Shown piece after piece: positions 7,272 to 16,980 of a stretch of 64,000 bases of DNA (its first letter is position 1; every line of letters starts with the position of its first letter). This DNA is from a virus, in IMG/VR virus record IMGVR_UViG_3300017605_000140, positions 1-64,000 of that record. One strand, given 5' to 3'. Both the position numbers and the translations under genes were made by a program. The notes beneath the pieces were generated by a model. That model saw nothing but the letters and a program-made list of their open reading frames with translations, searched no databases and was not told the DNA's origin.

Positions 7272-7534
7272 ACGCGAAAGAGAAAGTCAACCCATTCGCC
7301 CGGGGTACCATCATACTGGCGGATATTGAAAGACTTCTCACTTCCTGGGGAAGAATCTCCGAAATACCTGCCACCGAACCATTTGGTAAGAACATCGGTC
7401 ATGTATTCTGTCGCTGAGAGAGCCCTGAGGTCAAATACCAGATCATGGGTGACCTCTTGAAATGTCTCTCGTTCGGGAAACTCAGTAGTGGAATGCGCTT
7501 CCCGATTCATGTATTCCGTAATAATCAGCCGCAT
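7268..7534 (-). CDS. hypothetical protein
   Basis: ORF track; abuts upstream gene. Confidence 0.7.
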   Translation of the reverse strand: MRLIITEYMNREAHSTTEFPERETFQEVTHDLVFDLRALSATEYMTDVLTKWFGGRYFGDSSPGSEKSFNIRQYDGTPGEWVDFLFRV

Positions 7535-7954
7535 TTATTTACCTTTCTGGTGAGCAAGAACGCTCTTGCGTAGCCATATGGATATCAGACCAACGTTTTC
7601 CTTGTCAATGGTCCACGCGTCCACTCCCCCAGCAAGATCCAAACCATAGGGGCCATGCGCGAGGAAGTCATTGAGCAGGTAGTCTGTTACGAACTGTCCA
7701 TGCGGGGAGCCGCCGTACAAATGGTCATACTCATACCTGCGGTCATAGAGCGCCACTACCGGAGTAATGGAAACATCACCGCTTCGGTACTTCCTGTGAC
7801 CATACACTACACGGAAGGGAATTCCCCTGTCCGTTACGATGTCAATGATCTGCTCATCCACTGACACAGCCGTACGGTATTTGTTGGTGACATGCTCACA
7901 AGTCTTGTTTCTGCAAGCGTCTTCGTAGATGCTGCAATCATTCCAACCAGGCAT
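7535..7954 (-). CDS. hypothetical protein
   Basis: GAGGAAAG SD before ATG 7954. Confidence 0.7.
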   Translation of the reverse strand: MPGWNDCSIYEDACRNKTCEHVTNKYRTAVSVDEQIIDIVTDRGIPFRVVYGHRKYRSGDVSITPVVALYDRRYEYDHLYGGSPHGQFVTDYLLNDFLAHGPYGLDLAGGVDAWTIDKENVGLISIWLRKSVLAHQKGK

Positions 7955-8216
7955 TTGCTTTCCTCTTTCTCCAGCCCCGTTGTTCGTAACGTCGTCGTGA
8001 ATCTTCTTGGGAAGGTACACACGGGGTATACCTATCCTGTTTGTGCGCTACGACATTACCTTTAGGTGACGTAGCTACGAACTTTCCGCAGTAAGGACAC
8101 GCTACTTGCCCTTCCTTGGGTAGCTTCGGTTCCCTTACCCTACCAGATCTTACAGGTACTCGGGTACCCCCTGAACGGGCCATTTCCGGGTAGGTATCTC
8201 GTCTCGTCCGTTCCAT
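7938..8216 (-). CDS. small Zn-finger-like protein, probably leaderless
   Basis: CPYC...H...C; ATG 8216 lies 6-7 nt after promoter -10. Confidence 0.6.
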   Translation of the reverse strand: MERTRRDTYPEMARSGGTRVPVRSGRVREPKLPKEGQVACPYCGKFVATSPKGNVVAHKQDRYTPCVPSQEDSRRRYEQRGWRKRKANAWLE

Positions 8217-8221
8217 GGCTG

Positions 8222-8251
8222 TACTTAACCATCCACTAGCCAGTCTGTCAA
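8222..8251 (-). promoter_or_regulatory. leftward early promoter
   Basis: TTGACA(8251-8246)-N17/18-TTAAGT/TAAGTA. Confidence 0.55.
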
Positions 8252-8371
8252 CCGTGCTGGTCAGAAGCCCTTCCATGGCCCCTTAGAGCGCTTGCCAGCA
8301 GTAGCCTGTACCATGAGGCTACGTGCCGCTGAGAGGCTGGGAGACAAGCTCTCAGAGACTCTACAGCATGG

Positions 8372-8400
8372 TTGACGGCACGTGGGTGTGCCTGTAGAGT
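8372..8400 (+). promoter_or_regulatory. rightward promoter, tandem unit A
   Basis: TTGACG-N17-TAGAGT. Confidence 0.7.
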
Positions 8401-8412
8401 CGTCTTAGGAAG

Positions 8413-8585
8413 GGCGGACCGGCCCCAGTACAACGGAAGCCACTCAGGATTCGTACCAGGGGACCCATAGAACTATTTCGTTAGGCGAACGAAAAGGAGT
8501 TGACAGGGCTTACACGAGGGTGTAGGGTTATTAGTAACAAGGCGCCCCGGCCTAATCACTCGGAGGCAAGACGGATTCAAACCAG
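8413..8585 (+). repeat. diverged direct repeat (8413-8459 and 8541-8585), 128-nt period
   Basis: GGCG-N2-CCGGCC-N8/9-CGGA-N-GC-N5/6-GGATTC-N2-ACCAG in both copies. Confidence 0.7.
8500..8528 (+). promoter_or_regulatory. rightward promoter, tandem unit B
   Basis: TTGACA-N17-TAGGGT. Confidence 0.75.
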
Positions 8586-8676
8586 CCCTGCAATTTTACC
8601 CAAATCGGACATATCTCTAATATCCGATTTATACTTTATATTAGTACACATGACTTTATAGGAGATATAAAGTACT

Positions 8677-8913
8677 ATGAGAGATATCATGCGAGATGCT
8701 GCAATTATCACAGTTGCGAATCAGGCAATGACTGATGGCGGATGGTTGTCGGTGAGGACGTTTATAGAAACGTACAGTAAAGAAGGAAAAGATAGGGAAG
8801 GGTTGCAACAAACACTACTTCTTTTCGGGCTGGTCTGGGAACAATACAAAGCCCCAAGTACCTGGAATGAAGAAGGAAAATATATACAGCGCTGGAAGAA
8901 TGAAACAGAATAA
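8677..8913 (+). CDS. hypothetical protein
   Basis: ORF track; followed by terminator. Confidence 0.65.
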   Translation: MRDIMRDAAIITVANQAMTDGGWLSVRTFIETYSKEGKDREGLQQTLLLFGLVWEQYKAPSTWNEEGKYIQRWKNETE

Positions 8914-8960
8914 AGAAATACCCCGATTTCCACTTAAGGATTTCGGGGTATTTCTATTTT
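8914..8960. terminator. intrinsic terminator between convergent genes
   Basis: AGAAATACCCCGA...TCGGGGTATTTCT + ATTTT. Confidence 0.8.
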
Positions 8961-8990
8961 AAAAAGCGATTCAGTTATTAGAGGTATTAT

Positions 8991-9248
8991 TTAAGAATTT
9001 CCACCAAGCAAACTGTCCCAATTAATACCTTCAATCTGTTTACGCGCTACAAATATTGCTTCCATAAACAGGTGCAGATAATCCAGTTCTTCTCCTTGGA
9101 CAATTATATCTATCATAGCGTCATCATCTTCTATAGTTATACCAACATACTCAGCATTAGCCGAAATGGTTAAACCTGAATCAAATTCTGCTAAAAGAAT
9201 TTCCCCTGATAGTAAATCATCCACCATATTGTCAAATACTTCCATCAT
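8991..9248 (-). CDS. acidic hypothetical protein
   Basis: ATGA overlap with upstream gene. Confidence 0.7.
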   Translation of the reverse strand: MMEVFDNMVDDLLSGEILLAEFDSGLTISANAEYVGITIEDDDAMIDIIVQGEELDYLHLFMEAIFVARKQIEGINWDSLLGGNS

Positions 9249-9454
9249 ACGACTCCATCACCATAGCAGACTAAGCAGTCTGCATCCTCGTATTTATCCA
9301 TACCTGTACCAAAACATGAATGGCATGCTTTAGTTTCCTCTGGTTCTTCCCACCACTCTGCTACCCAATTAGTGTAGTCAGCATGATCGTAGTTAAAAAC
9401 CTTTTCCTCTTCGAAAACTCTTGTGAGTTCTTCCTTGTACTTTTCCGGCATCAT
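9245..9454 (-). CDS. small protein with DnaJ-type CxxCxGxG Zn-finger repeats
   Basis: CHSCFGTG...CLVCYGDG. Confidence 0.7.
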   Translation of the reverse strand: MMPEKYKEELTRVFEEEKVFNYDHADYTNWVAEWWEEPEETKACHSCFGTGMDKYEDADCLVCYGDGVV

Positions 9455-9457
9455 GAG

Positions 9458-10966
9458 TTAGTACTCACCAATAATTTCAGCATCTTGAATACCTAGTTGT
9501 TCTATAGCGTTTTCTACTCTGACCGGTGCTGGAAGAGCTGCGAATGAATGATCTGTCATATCTCCGAATAGCCTGTCAATACGGGAAACCTGTCCTTGCT
9601 GCTTAGCGGTAACAGTAAGAGAAAAACCTTCTTGTTCCATGTCATGCTTAGTTTTTGCCATCTTCACCAAACGATCCATTTCACTGGACAGAATAGGATC
9701 AAGTTGTCCACCCTCTAAGTCCTCAGCCATTTTTCCAAGGACAACACGCTGTGTCTGCATGGAAACCAAGGCATTCATAAGGGATCTTACTTGTTCTGTA
9801 GTTTCTACTTGGACAGGAATATCGTAAGCGCAAGTACTTCCTTCCTCAAACATAGGACATTTGTCAGCTAGAAAACAACTATCGCATATCCGCATGGATT
9901 CACTGCGGATCTTTATCTTATGGACATCTCTGTCCTCATATTCCCCAGTTTCCTTATTCTTTACTTTTTCCTTGTCTGTATCAAAATCTATAAGAGGAAT
10001 AGTGAGTCTTTTTGAAGGATCTCTAGGTGTTGCAGTTGGTACTCTGTTCAGCGTTTTTCCAGTAACATCATCAACTTCATCATAGCCATTATCCGTAAAC
10101 CCATCATCGTAGGTTTCCACTGATCTAGTTACTCCTGTTGGTAAGTTTCCATGTTTTTTATTTATACTGCTGACTAATTGTTCCCAAGACCACAAGGATA
10201 GACGCAGTAATTCTTTAGGATCGTCTTGTTTTATTTTTTCCAGGTCAAACCCGGCTGATTGAATGGTATAGCGTTCTTTCCTTCTGGCTTGTTCTTTCAT
10301 ATCATGAGAGTATCTCTTCAGTTTCCCATGAGACCATACTATAGTATCTCCATATTTCTGCGGGGATACCCAAGAAGTAGAAGAAACTGAAGTCCACTGA
10401 ATAGCTTGCATTATATCCGGCTTAGTCATGGATAACCCATGCAGTTCTATACCCGCATTTACTAGTTTATTAAGTGCTGGAATTATATCTCTACCATTAA
10501 TAGTTGTTTGAGGAATCCCAACTTTACCGAATCTTTCTCCTAAGATATAAAGATCTCCAAGAGAATCGACAGTGCCATGCCACACTGGTATAGCTTTATT
10601 ACAGAATTTTTCTATAAACTTGTCACGCATTTCTTCAGTGTATGAAAAACCTAATTGTGCAGCGTCAAATTCGGAAAATACTTCAATAGAGTTAATATTC
10701 TCGCTAACCCACTGATAGTAGTGGTTGGCAATTTCTTTAAGTTCTTCCGTTGTATATTTCTGTTCTTTTGAACTATTCAGTACATTAGCACCAGAATCCA
10801 CAAATAGCTTGTGACCTTCTGGAAAATAATTCTTTACTAACCACGGAGTCTTAAACTTAGTACGTTTACGTAACCCCATATAGTTAAGAGAACTTCCAGG
10901 AACCCCGCACTCCTTAATGAGATTCCTGTAAGTAGGTAGTTCTGCCCCTTTATAATAAATGATCAC
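9458..10966 (-). CDS. TGT/DpdA-like (queuine tRNA-ribosyltransferase fold) protein fused to Cys4/helical C-terminal domain
   Basis: LFVDSGA, IPVWHG, LHGL, SVSSTSW motif series; C-terminal CDSC-x5-C-x8-C. Confidence 0.6.
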   Translation of the reverse strand: MIIYYKGAELPTYRNLIKECGVPGSSLNYMGLRKRTKFKTPWLVKNYFPEGHKLFVDSGANVLNSSKEQKYTTEELKEIANHYYQWVSENINSIEVFSEFDAAQLGFSYTEEMRDKFIEKFCNKAIPVWHGTVDSLGDLYILGERFGKVGIPQTTINGRDIIPALNKLVNAGIELHGLSMTKPDIMQAIQWTSVSSTSWVSPQKYGDTIVWSHGKLKRYSHDMKEQARRKERYTIQSAGFDLEKIKQDDPKELLRLSLWSWEQLVSSINKKHGNLPTGVTRSVETYDDGFTDNGYDEVDDVTGKTLNRVPTATPRDPSKRLTIPLIDFDTDKEKVKNKETGEYEDRDVHKIKIRSESMRICDSCFLADKCPMFEEGSTCAYDIPVQVETTEQVRSLMNALVSMQTQRVVLGKMAEDLEGGQLDPILSSEMDRLVKMAKTKHDMEQEGFSLTVTAKQQGQVSRIDRLFGDMTDHSFAALPAPVRVENAIEQLGIQDAEIIGEY

Positions 10967-11169
10967 TTCTTACGCTTTCTAGGTTTCATACTCATGGCAC
11001 TGGCTTCCAATTGAGAACCTTTAGCAGCAATTCCTCCAGATACGGCATTTCGGGAACCCACAGTAAATTCCTGCGTTCTACCCGAAACAGTGTGCTTTTC
11101 AGATAGTTCTGTGAGAACTTTTCTAGAAGATCCCTTAGGTGGAACATGCTCCGGGTAATTAGCTTCCAT
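10963..11169 (-). CDS. small basic hypothetical protein
   Basis: ORF track; overlaps flanking genes in operon fashion. Confidence 0.6.
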   Translation of the reverse strand: MEANYPEHVPPKGSSRKVLTELSEKHTVSGRTQEFTVGSRNAVSGGIAAKGSQLEASAMSMKPRKRKK

Positions 11170-11941
11170 GACTGAATTGGGCTCCTAGATTACCTGTGAA
11201 CGGTGGGATAGGTGGCGGAGTGGAACGCTGTTCCTCATGGCTAAAGGTAGCCTGTGCAGTACCTGTACGTCCAGGAGAAGCAGACTGAGGGGCAAGCTGA
11301 CTGGAGAAGGTAGACTGTGCTATACCTCTTGCCGGAATGGGCGTGTGTACTTCGGGCGTATGAGAAAAGGAAGCTGCTGTTTCATTAGGAGTTGCTGGCG
11401 ATTCTGGTGCAGTATTACCGGCTTCTTTAGCTCTTCTCTTTTCTTCTTGTATTGCTTGTCCATGAGCATAGTTTCTGCCTTGTTGTTGTGTTTTAAACTG
11501 TGCCTGTTGAAATTTAAGAGCTTCCCCATGCGCGAAATTACGCTGTGATTGCATAGTTCTTTGATTAGCCGCAGCAGCGGAAGCCGCTTGTCTTTGTGCT
11601 GGAGTAGTTCCCATAGCAAAAGTTCTTGGTGCTGATCCTGGAGCTGGGGCGGCTCTTCCTGAACGTACATTAGCAGCCTGTGTTCTCTGTGCTTGCTGAG
11701 CCTGTCTTTGTTGTGTTTGCATATTTCTGGCAAAAGCATTTCTACCAGCACTAACAGTCTGTGCCGCACCCCTGGCTACTTGTTCTCTAGCCTGTGTACG
11801 TGCCTGTGCAGCTCTGGCAGCGTGTACTTGTATATGTCTGCTTCTTCCCAATAAATCCTTTTGAGCGGAAGCAAACACATTATGAGTGAACTGTCCTCCT
11901 AGATGATGGACAGCCCCTAAGTCTGGAATATTTGCAGGCAT
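11159..11941 (-). CDS. Q/A-rich low-complexity protein (possible internal virion protein)
   Basis: AGGAG SD; HLGGQF near N-term and NLGAQF near C-term; repeated AHG(E/Q)A. Confidence 0.7.
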   Translation of the reverse strand: MPANIPDLGAVHHLGGQFTHNVFASAQKDLLGRSRHIQVHAARAAQARTQAREQVARGAAQTVSAGRNAFARNMQTQQRQAQQAQRTQAANVRSGRAAPAPGSAPRTFAMGTTPAQRQAASAAAANQRTMQSQRNFAHGEALKFQQAQFKTQQQGRNYAHGQAIQEEKRRAKEAGNTAPESPATPNETAASFSHTPEVHTPIPARGIAQSTFSSQLAPQSASPGRTGTAQATFSHEEQRSTPPPIPPFTGNLGAQFSHGS

Positions 11942-11950
11942 ATGATCTCC

Positions 11951-12448
11951 TTAGAAATCCTTTAGTCGAGTATCAGTCATTCTGGCTTCTTGTTGTCTTA
12001 TTTTTTCTGCGAGCAATTCATTCCATGGAGTAGCTTCTGATGTATGGCCAGGGCGAAATTCCGGGTGAGTATACTGTGGATGAAGAAATAACATGGTAGG
12101 AATACCAGCATTAAGTAATTTAGTGGCAGCAGAAGTATCTGATTCATATACTAAAGACAGAGGTCCATTAGCCTTTAGTCTTCCAACCTGAGCCAGTCTT
12201 CTTTCTGCCGTATCCTCTGAATCTATATCATCCCAGTATATTTCACCTATATGATCCACCAGTGAGTTGGACAGTAACCAGTACTGTACCTTACTTTTGG
12301 CAGCACTGTCAATAATGAGGGACACCCTATGATCTTTTACCAAAGATTTATATATTAATAGCCCGGGAATAATTACAGAATTATCATTAGGCTGTCTTAG
12401 TATTCCCTCTACTACTATAGCAATATGATTACCCCACTGATCTGACAT
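11951..12448 (-). CDS. degenerate HAD-fold protein
   Basis: IAIVVEGILR resembles HAD motif I (hhhDxDGxL) without the Asp residues. Confidence 0.45.
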   Translation of the reverse strand: MSDQWGNHIAIVVEGILRQPNDNSVIIPGLLIYKSLVKDHRVSLIIDSAAKSKVQYWLLSNSLVDHIGEIYWDDIDSEDTAERRLAQVGRLKANGPLSLVYESDTSAATKLLNAGIPTMLFLHPQYTHPEFRPGHTSEATPWNELLAEKIRQQEARMTDTRLKDF

Positions 12449-13297
12449 TTATCTTTCCTTTAGTATTTCGTTAAATGCTTTTACTATTCCGTCTGCCTTG
12501 GATTTTTGCCATTGATAGTTATAGAAATCTCCGTAACCTTCTCCATGAGGAGAAAAAGCACGTTTTCTTCCTAAATGAATCTCATCATACATAGTTTTAA
12601 TAGATGATATAACTATTTTCATAGAAGTTTGGTAATTATGCCATTGTGGTGAATTTGGAGATACCATACTTAGCTGGTTATTGAGGTAGTTATACCTGGA
12701 TATTAATTGTTCAGCTTGTCTTTTGTTTTCTTCTGCTTTTTCCTCATATTCTCTGGGATAAGCAGAATTATCTTTTTCTTTAGGAGGTTTTACAGTCCAT
12801 ACATCCTCAGTTACGTTATATGCCGCATAAGGATGAATATTAGTTATCGAATTATAAACAGCTTCAACATTATCGTTAAGAAAAAATGTTATCTCATAAT
12901 ACTGCACATGATTGTCCGCGAAAAATGGGATATGGGAAGTAACAGGCCATAAATTCTTTTTAAGATCTAAATCAATAAATTCAGTTATCTCATGTCTGTC
13001 CATATACTCGAATACAGGATTATCTGATACAAATTGCGAATAGTCTATTCCAAATAATACGTCGAGGTCACCATTTCCGCGATCCGCAGACCATTGATAA
13101 CTGATTCCAGAACCAGCCAGCCATACCATAAGCCAACCAGTAGCATTATGGTAGTGAGCATTGAGATAATCAATAAGGAGATTGTTAATAGTTTCTCGTA
13201 CATCAGGTTTTAGGTGGTCGCCTTCAAATAGGTGAGGATCTAGTATTGAAGAAAATTGGGAAAAATAACTGCTTGCGCCAGTTTCAAGTCTATTCAT
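12449..13297 (-). CDS. Pol-beta superfamily nucleotidyltransferase
   Basis: LAGSGISY...GDLDVL (hGS..DxD) plus downstream EITF. Confidence 0.8.
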   Translation of the reverse strand: MNRLETGASSYFSQFSSILDPHLFEGDHLKPDVRETINNLLIDYLNAHYHNATGWLMVWLAGSGISYQWSADRGNGDLDVLFGIDYSQFVSDNPVFEYMDRHEITEFIDLDLKKNLWPVTSHIPFFADNHVQYYEITFFLNDNVEAVYNSITNIHPYAAYNVTEDVWTVKPPKEKDNSAYPREYEEKAEENKRQAEQLISRYNYLNNQLSMVSPNSPQWHNYQTSMKIVISSIKTMYDEIHLGRKRAFSPHGEGYGDFYNYQWQKSKADGIVKAFNEILKER

Positions 13298-13323
13298 AGT
13301 TACATCTTATCCTAAAAAACACT

Positions 13324-13360
13324 AAGAGGGAATATACCCAGGTCAGATATATTCCCTCTT
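13324..13360 (-). terminator. hairpin terminator after endolysin
   Basis: AAGAGGGAATATA/TATATTCCCTCTT. Confidence 0.7.
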
Positions 13361-13372
13361 ATTTTACTAGTA

Positions 13373-14275
13373 TCAGACTACATGGAAATTATGGCGCTTA
13401 CCCAAAGCGGTAAGGGAAGCTTTGCCTGGAATACCATCAGCAGCCTTACCAGAGTAACCTAAATGCTTTTGCCACTTTGCGTATGCCTCTACAGTCTTGG
13501 AACCAAAAGATCCATCAGTAGCATATTGCTTGTCCAGCATCTTTTCAGAAAGTAATGCCTGCTCAACAATCTTTACCTCAGTAGGGAAAGACTTATGTCC
13601 CTGCGCAGACTTGGGATCAACAGTCGCAGCTTTCTTAATAAAATCTATGTGTACTGTTGGAATTACAGTTTTCGGTGGGATAGGGGGTTTGACAGAAAAA
13701 CTGTAAGCCCAACGTACTAACTCGTTTTTATCCGAGAAATTTGCATAATCCTTATCTACACCAGACGCACCATACTGGTGGAATACCCATTTAGAGGTAA
13801 TTCCTGGATGTCCCGCAGGCTTATTAGCAGTAGCTATCCATAGGAAATCTCCAGCATGGCTATCCTTGTCTATTCTAGTCCAGTAGTCTACATTACAGTA
13901 AAGACCTACCGGATTATTCGGAAGCTTTGACTTAAGGAATCGTAAGTACTCTTCCTTATACGCTAACTGTTCAGAAGGAGATACATTTCTGTTATTGGCA
14001 TCATACCCTTCCCAATCCAGAACTACAATATTTCCATCCTGAATCCCCGCGTTGGCAATAAAGAATTCAGCTTCTCTGTCTGGATTATTATGCATATGAG
14101 GATAATGATACATACCAATGACAAGTCCATGCTTTGCAGCCCATTGCTTTTGCGCGACGTACTTAGGATTTACGTAGTTAAGCCCTTCAGTTACCTTCAA
14201 GAAAACGAAGGATAGACCAGTAGTATCCGGTGTAGTTGACTGGTAGGATGCCCAATCCTGTCCGTAAATTCCCAT
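13373..14275 (-). CDS. endolysin, GH25 muramidase + peptidoglycan-binding domain
   Basis: GQDWASYQ, KVTEG, LDWE, HQY; C-term DGSFGSKT..WQ..LG..ADGIPG. Confidence 0.9.
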   Translation of the reverse strand: MGIYGQDWASYQSTTPDTTGLSFVFLKVTEGLNYVNPKYVAQKQWAAKHGLVIGMYHYPHMHNNPDREAEFFIANAGIQDGNIVVLDWEGYDANNRNVSPSEQLAYKEEYLRFLKSKLPNNPVGLYCNVDYWTRIDKDSHAGDFLWIATANKPAGHPGITSKWVFHQYGASGVDKDYANFSDKNELVRWAYSFSVKPPIPPKTVIPTVHIDFIKKAATVDPKSAQGHKSFPTEVKIVEQALLSEKMLDKQYATDGSFGSKTVEAYAKWQKHLGYSGKAADGIPGKASLTALGKRHNFHVV

Positions 14276-14634
14276 TAGGCTCTCAACTTCTTAGGGTCGA
14301 TAAGAGAAGAAACTCGTTGTGCCTCTTGCTGTGCCGCAAGCTGTTGCTGCATCTGCTGTGCTCGTTGCTCCATCATCATCATAGTTGCTACAGCAGTTTG
14401 CTGGACATGGCACCCCATAGTAATAGCTGCACATCCCCCTACAATATCATCAAAAGTAGCTGCGTGACTTAGATCAAATTCTCTACCGGCAAAATCATGG
14501 TACGCAGTCCATTGACCATTGGCATCCTGAACTACAAGGAATGCTGTTGTAACTTCTGGAATATCCTCTTGCTTAGAATCCTCTAGCTCTTCGAATGCCT
14601 TCTTCTGGCGTAGTTCTTCTAAATCAATTGTCAT
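14275..14634 (-). CDS. hypothetical protein
   Basis: TAATG-coupled to endolysin. Confidence 0.75.
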   Translation of the reverse strand: MTIDLEELRQKKAFEELEDSKQEDIPEVTTAFLVVQDANGQWTAYHDFAGREFDLSHAATFDDIVGGCAAITMGCHVQQTAVATMMMMEQRAQQMQQQLAAQQEAQRVSSLIDPKKLRA

Positions 14635-14875
14635 TCTTATTATTCTCCAATAAATCTGGTCGTAACAGGAAAAACTTCTGCTTATCAGAAGTTATAGCTA
14701 AGTAATACAAATTATCATCGTCTACTGGATTATCCTTGACCAAAGTATTTGCCATGGTGTATAGATCGTCATATGCGAGAATTTTTTGGATTACTGCCTC
14801 ATTTTCAGTAAGAAAGGAACCTAAAGCATTCACAAAATAATGTATATTTTCGTAATATTGTTCGTTATTTTCCAT
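14624..14875 (-). CDS. hypothetical protein
   Basis: AGGAG SD. Confidence 0.7.
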   Translation of the reverse strand: MENNEQYYENIHYFVNALGSFLTENEAVIQKILAYDDLYTMANTLVKDNPVDDDNLYYLAITSDKQKFFLLRPDLLENNKNDN

Positions 14876-14887
14876 TTAGTTCTCCTA

Positions 14888-15448
14888 TTACTTATTTAAA
14901 TGACTACGAACTGAAGCATGATAAGGGCAGTACTCGCATTCATAAACTTTTTTCATCTTTGTGGAATCATACGTAGGAAGACCAGCAACTTTTCGAGCCT
15001 TACCTGTATCCGGCTTGATTTCCTTACTGGAACTCAGATAATCAGCACACTTGGGCTGAGTGTTGGAATGGAAAGCGGGACGGTTATGTCTCTGATAGCA
15101 CGCAAGAGCTGATTCCTTGAAGGTATTCACCGTATCATAGAATTCATCATCGAATCCCGTCTTACCATTACCCTTGAGAATTTGGTCAATAATTTGCTTC
15201 TTGTACTGCGGATCTTTAAAATGTCTTGTAGGTACAAAACCTAAAGCAGCCCACTCAGTAATGGAACGGTCTTCAAATGAGGGATGCTTTCTCAAGTGAT
15301 TTTCTACAATGTAACCGATTCTTGGATCGTTATCCGCATTGTCAGGATCATAATTGGGAATTTCTTCCAGAACCTTGCAAACCCAGCAAATAAACAAACC
15401 TGTCAGATGTACGTTCTTGTCCTTAAGAGGATCAAACGTGTCAGCCAT
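14888..15448 (-). CDS. Cys-rich hypothetical protein
   Basis: CWVC...H..H; C...C...CEYC. Confidence 0.8.
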   Translation of the reverse strand: MADTFDPLKDKNVHLTGLFICWVCKVLEEIPNYDPDNADNDPRIGYIVENHLRKHPSFEDRSITEWAALGFVPTRHFKDPQYKKQIIDQILKGNGKTGFDDEFYDTVNTFKESALACYQRHNRPAFHSNTQPKCADYLSSSKEIKPDTGKARKVAGLPTYDSTKMKKVYECEYCPYHASVRSHLNK

Positions 15449-15494
15449 GTAATACCTTCCGAATAGTTGTTGATTTGTATATCTTAACAGAAAA

Positions 15495-15529
15495 GAGCCC
15501 TAGTATCAACTTATATGATACTAGGGCTC
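15495..15529 (-). terminator. intrinsic terminator after rpf
   Basis: 14-bp inverted repeat GAGCCCTAGTATCA/TGATACTAGGGCTC + TTTT on minus strand. Confidence 0.8.
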
Positions 15530-15534
15530 CTGTA

Positions 15535-16582
<1,048 letters not shown>

Positions 16583-16634
16583 GGACTATCGAAATTTACC
16601 AATTAAATGTCTTGGTTCTGTAACGATACCCACA

Positions 16635-16664
16635 AGCATAGTGCCTGAGGCAGATAGTTGTCAA
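16635..16664 (-). promoter_or_regulatory. promoter of NlpC/P60-rpf operon
   Basis: TTGACA-N18-TATGCT; spacer contains palindrome TGCCTCAGGCA. Confidence 0.7.
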
Positions 16665-16695
16665 CTGAGGTGCGTGGTGCGTGCGTATAAATGTG

Positions 16696-16980
16696 TTACC
16701 AAGTTTGCCCTAGGATGCCTTGATCCACCTTATCCTGTAGCTTATTTCTGTAGAAATCCGGAGTCGTAATGCTCTGCGGTCCGGCAGGTACCACCATATC
16801 ACGCTTCATACCTATGCCGTAGTACGGCAGACTGAGATCTTCTCTCGTATCGTAGGTCAGATTGGGCACCTTGTCATCTGTGATGGCACACTCAGTGTCC
16901 GGACGTATCTTCTTGTAGCGTCCGTCAGTTGCTCCCTCAGAGAGGGAAGCATTCATACTTCTTAGTGGTGGGTAGGCCAT
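16696..16980 (-). CDS. hypothetical protein
   Basis: AGGAG SD. Confidence 0.7.
   Translation of the reverse strand: MAYPPLRSMNASLSEGATDGRYKKIRPDTECAITDDKVPNLTYDTREDLSLPYYGIGMKRDMVVPAGPQSITTPDFYRNKLQDKVDQGILGQTW

Noticed and set aside
16583-16634. c-di-AMP (ydaO) riboswitch upstream of the NlpC/P60-rpf operon, as in Streptomyces rpfA
   Set aside because: Leader is short and shows no recognisable conserved riboswitch structure
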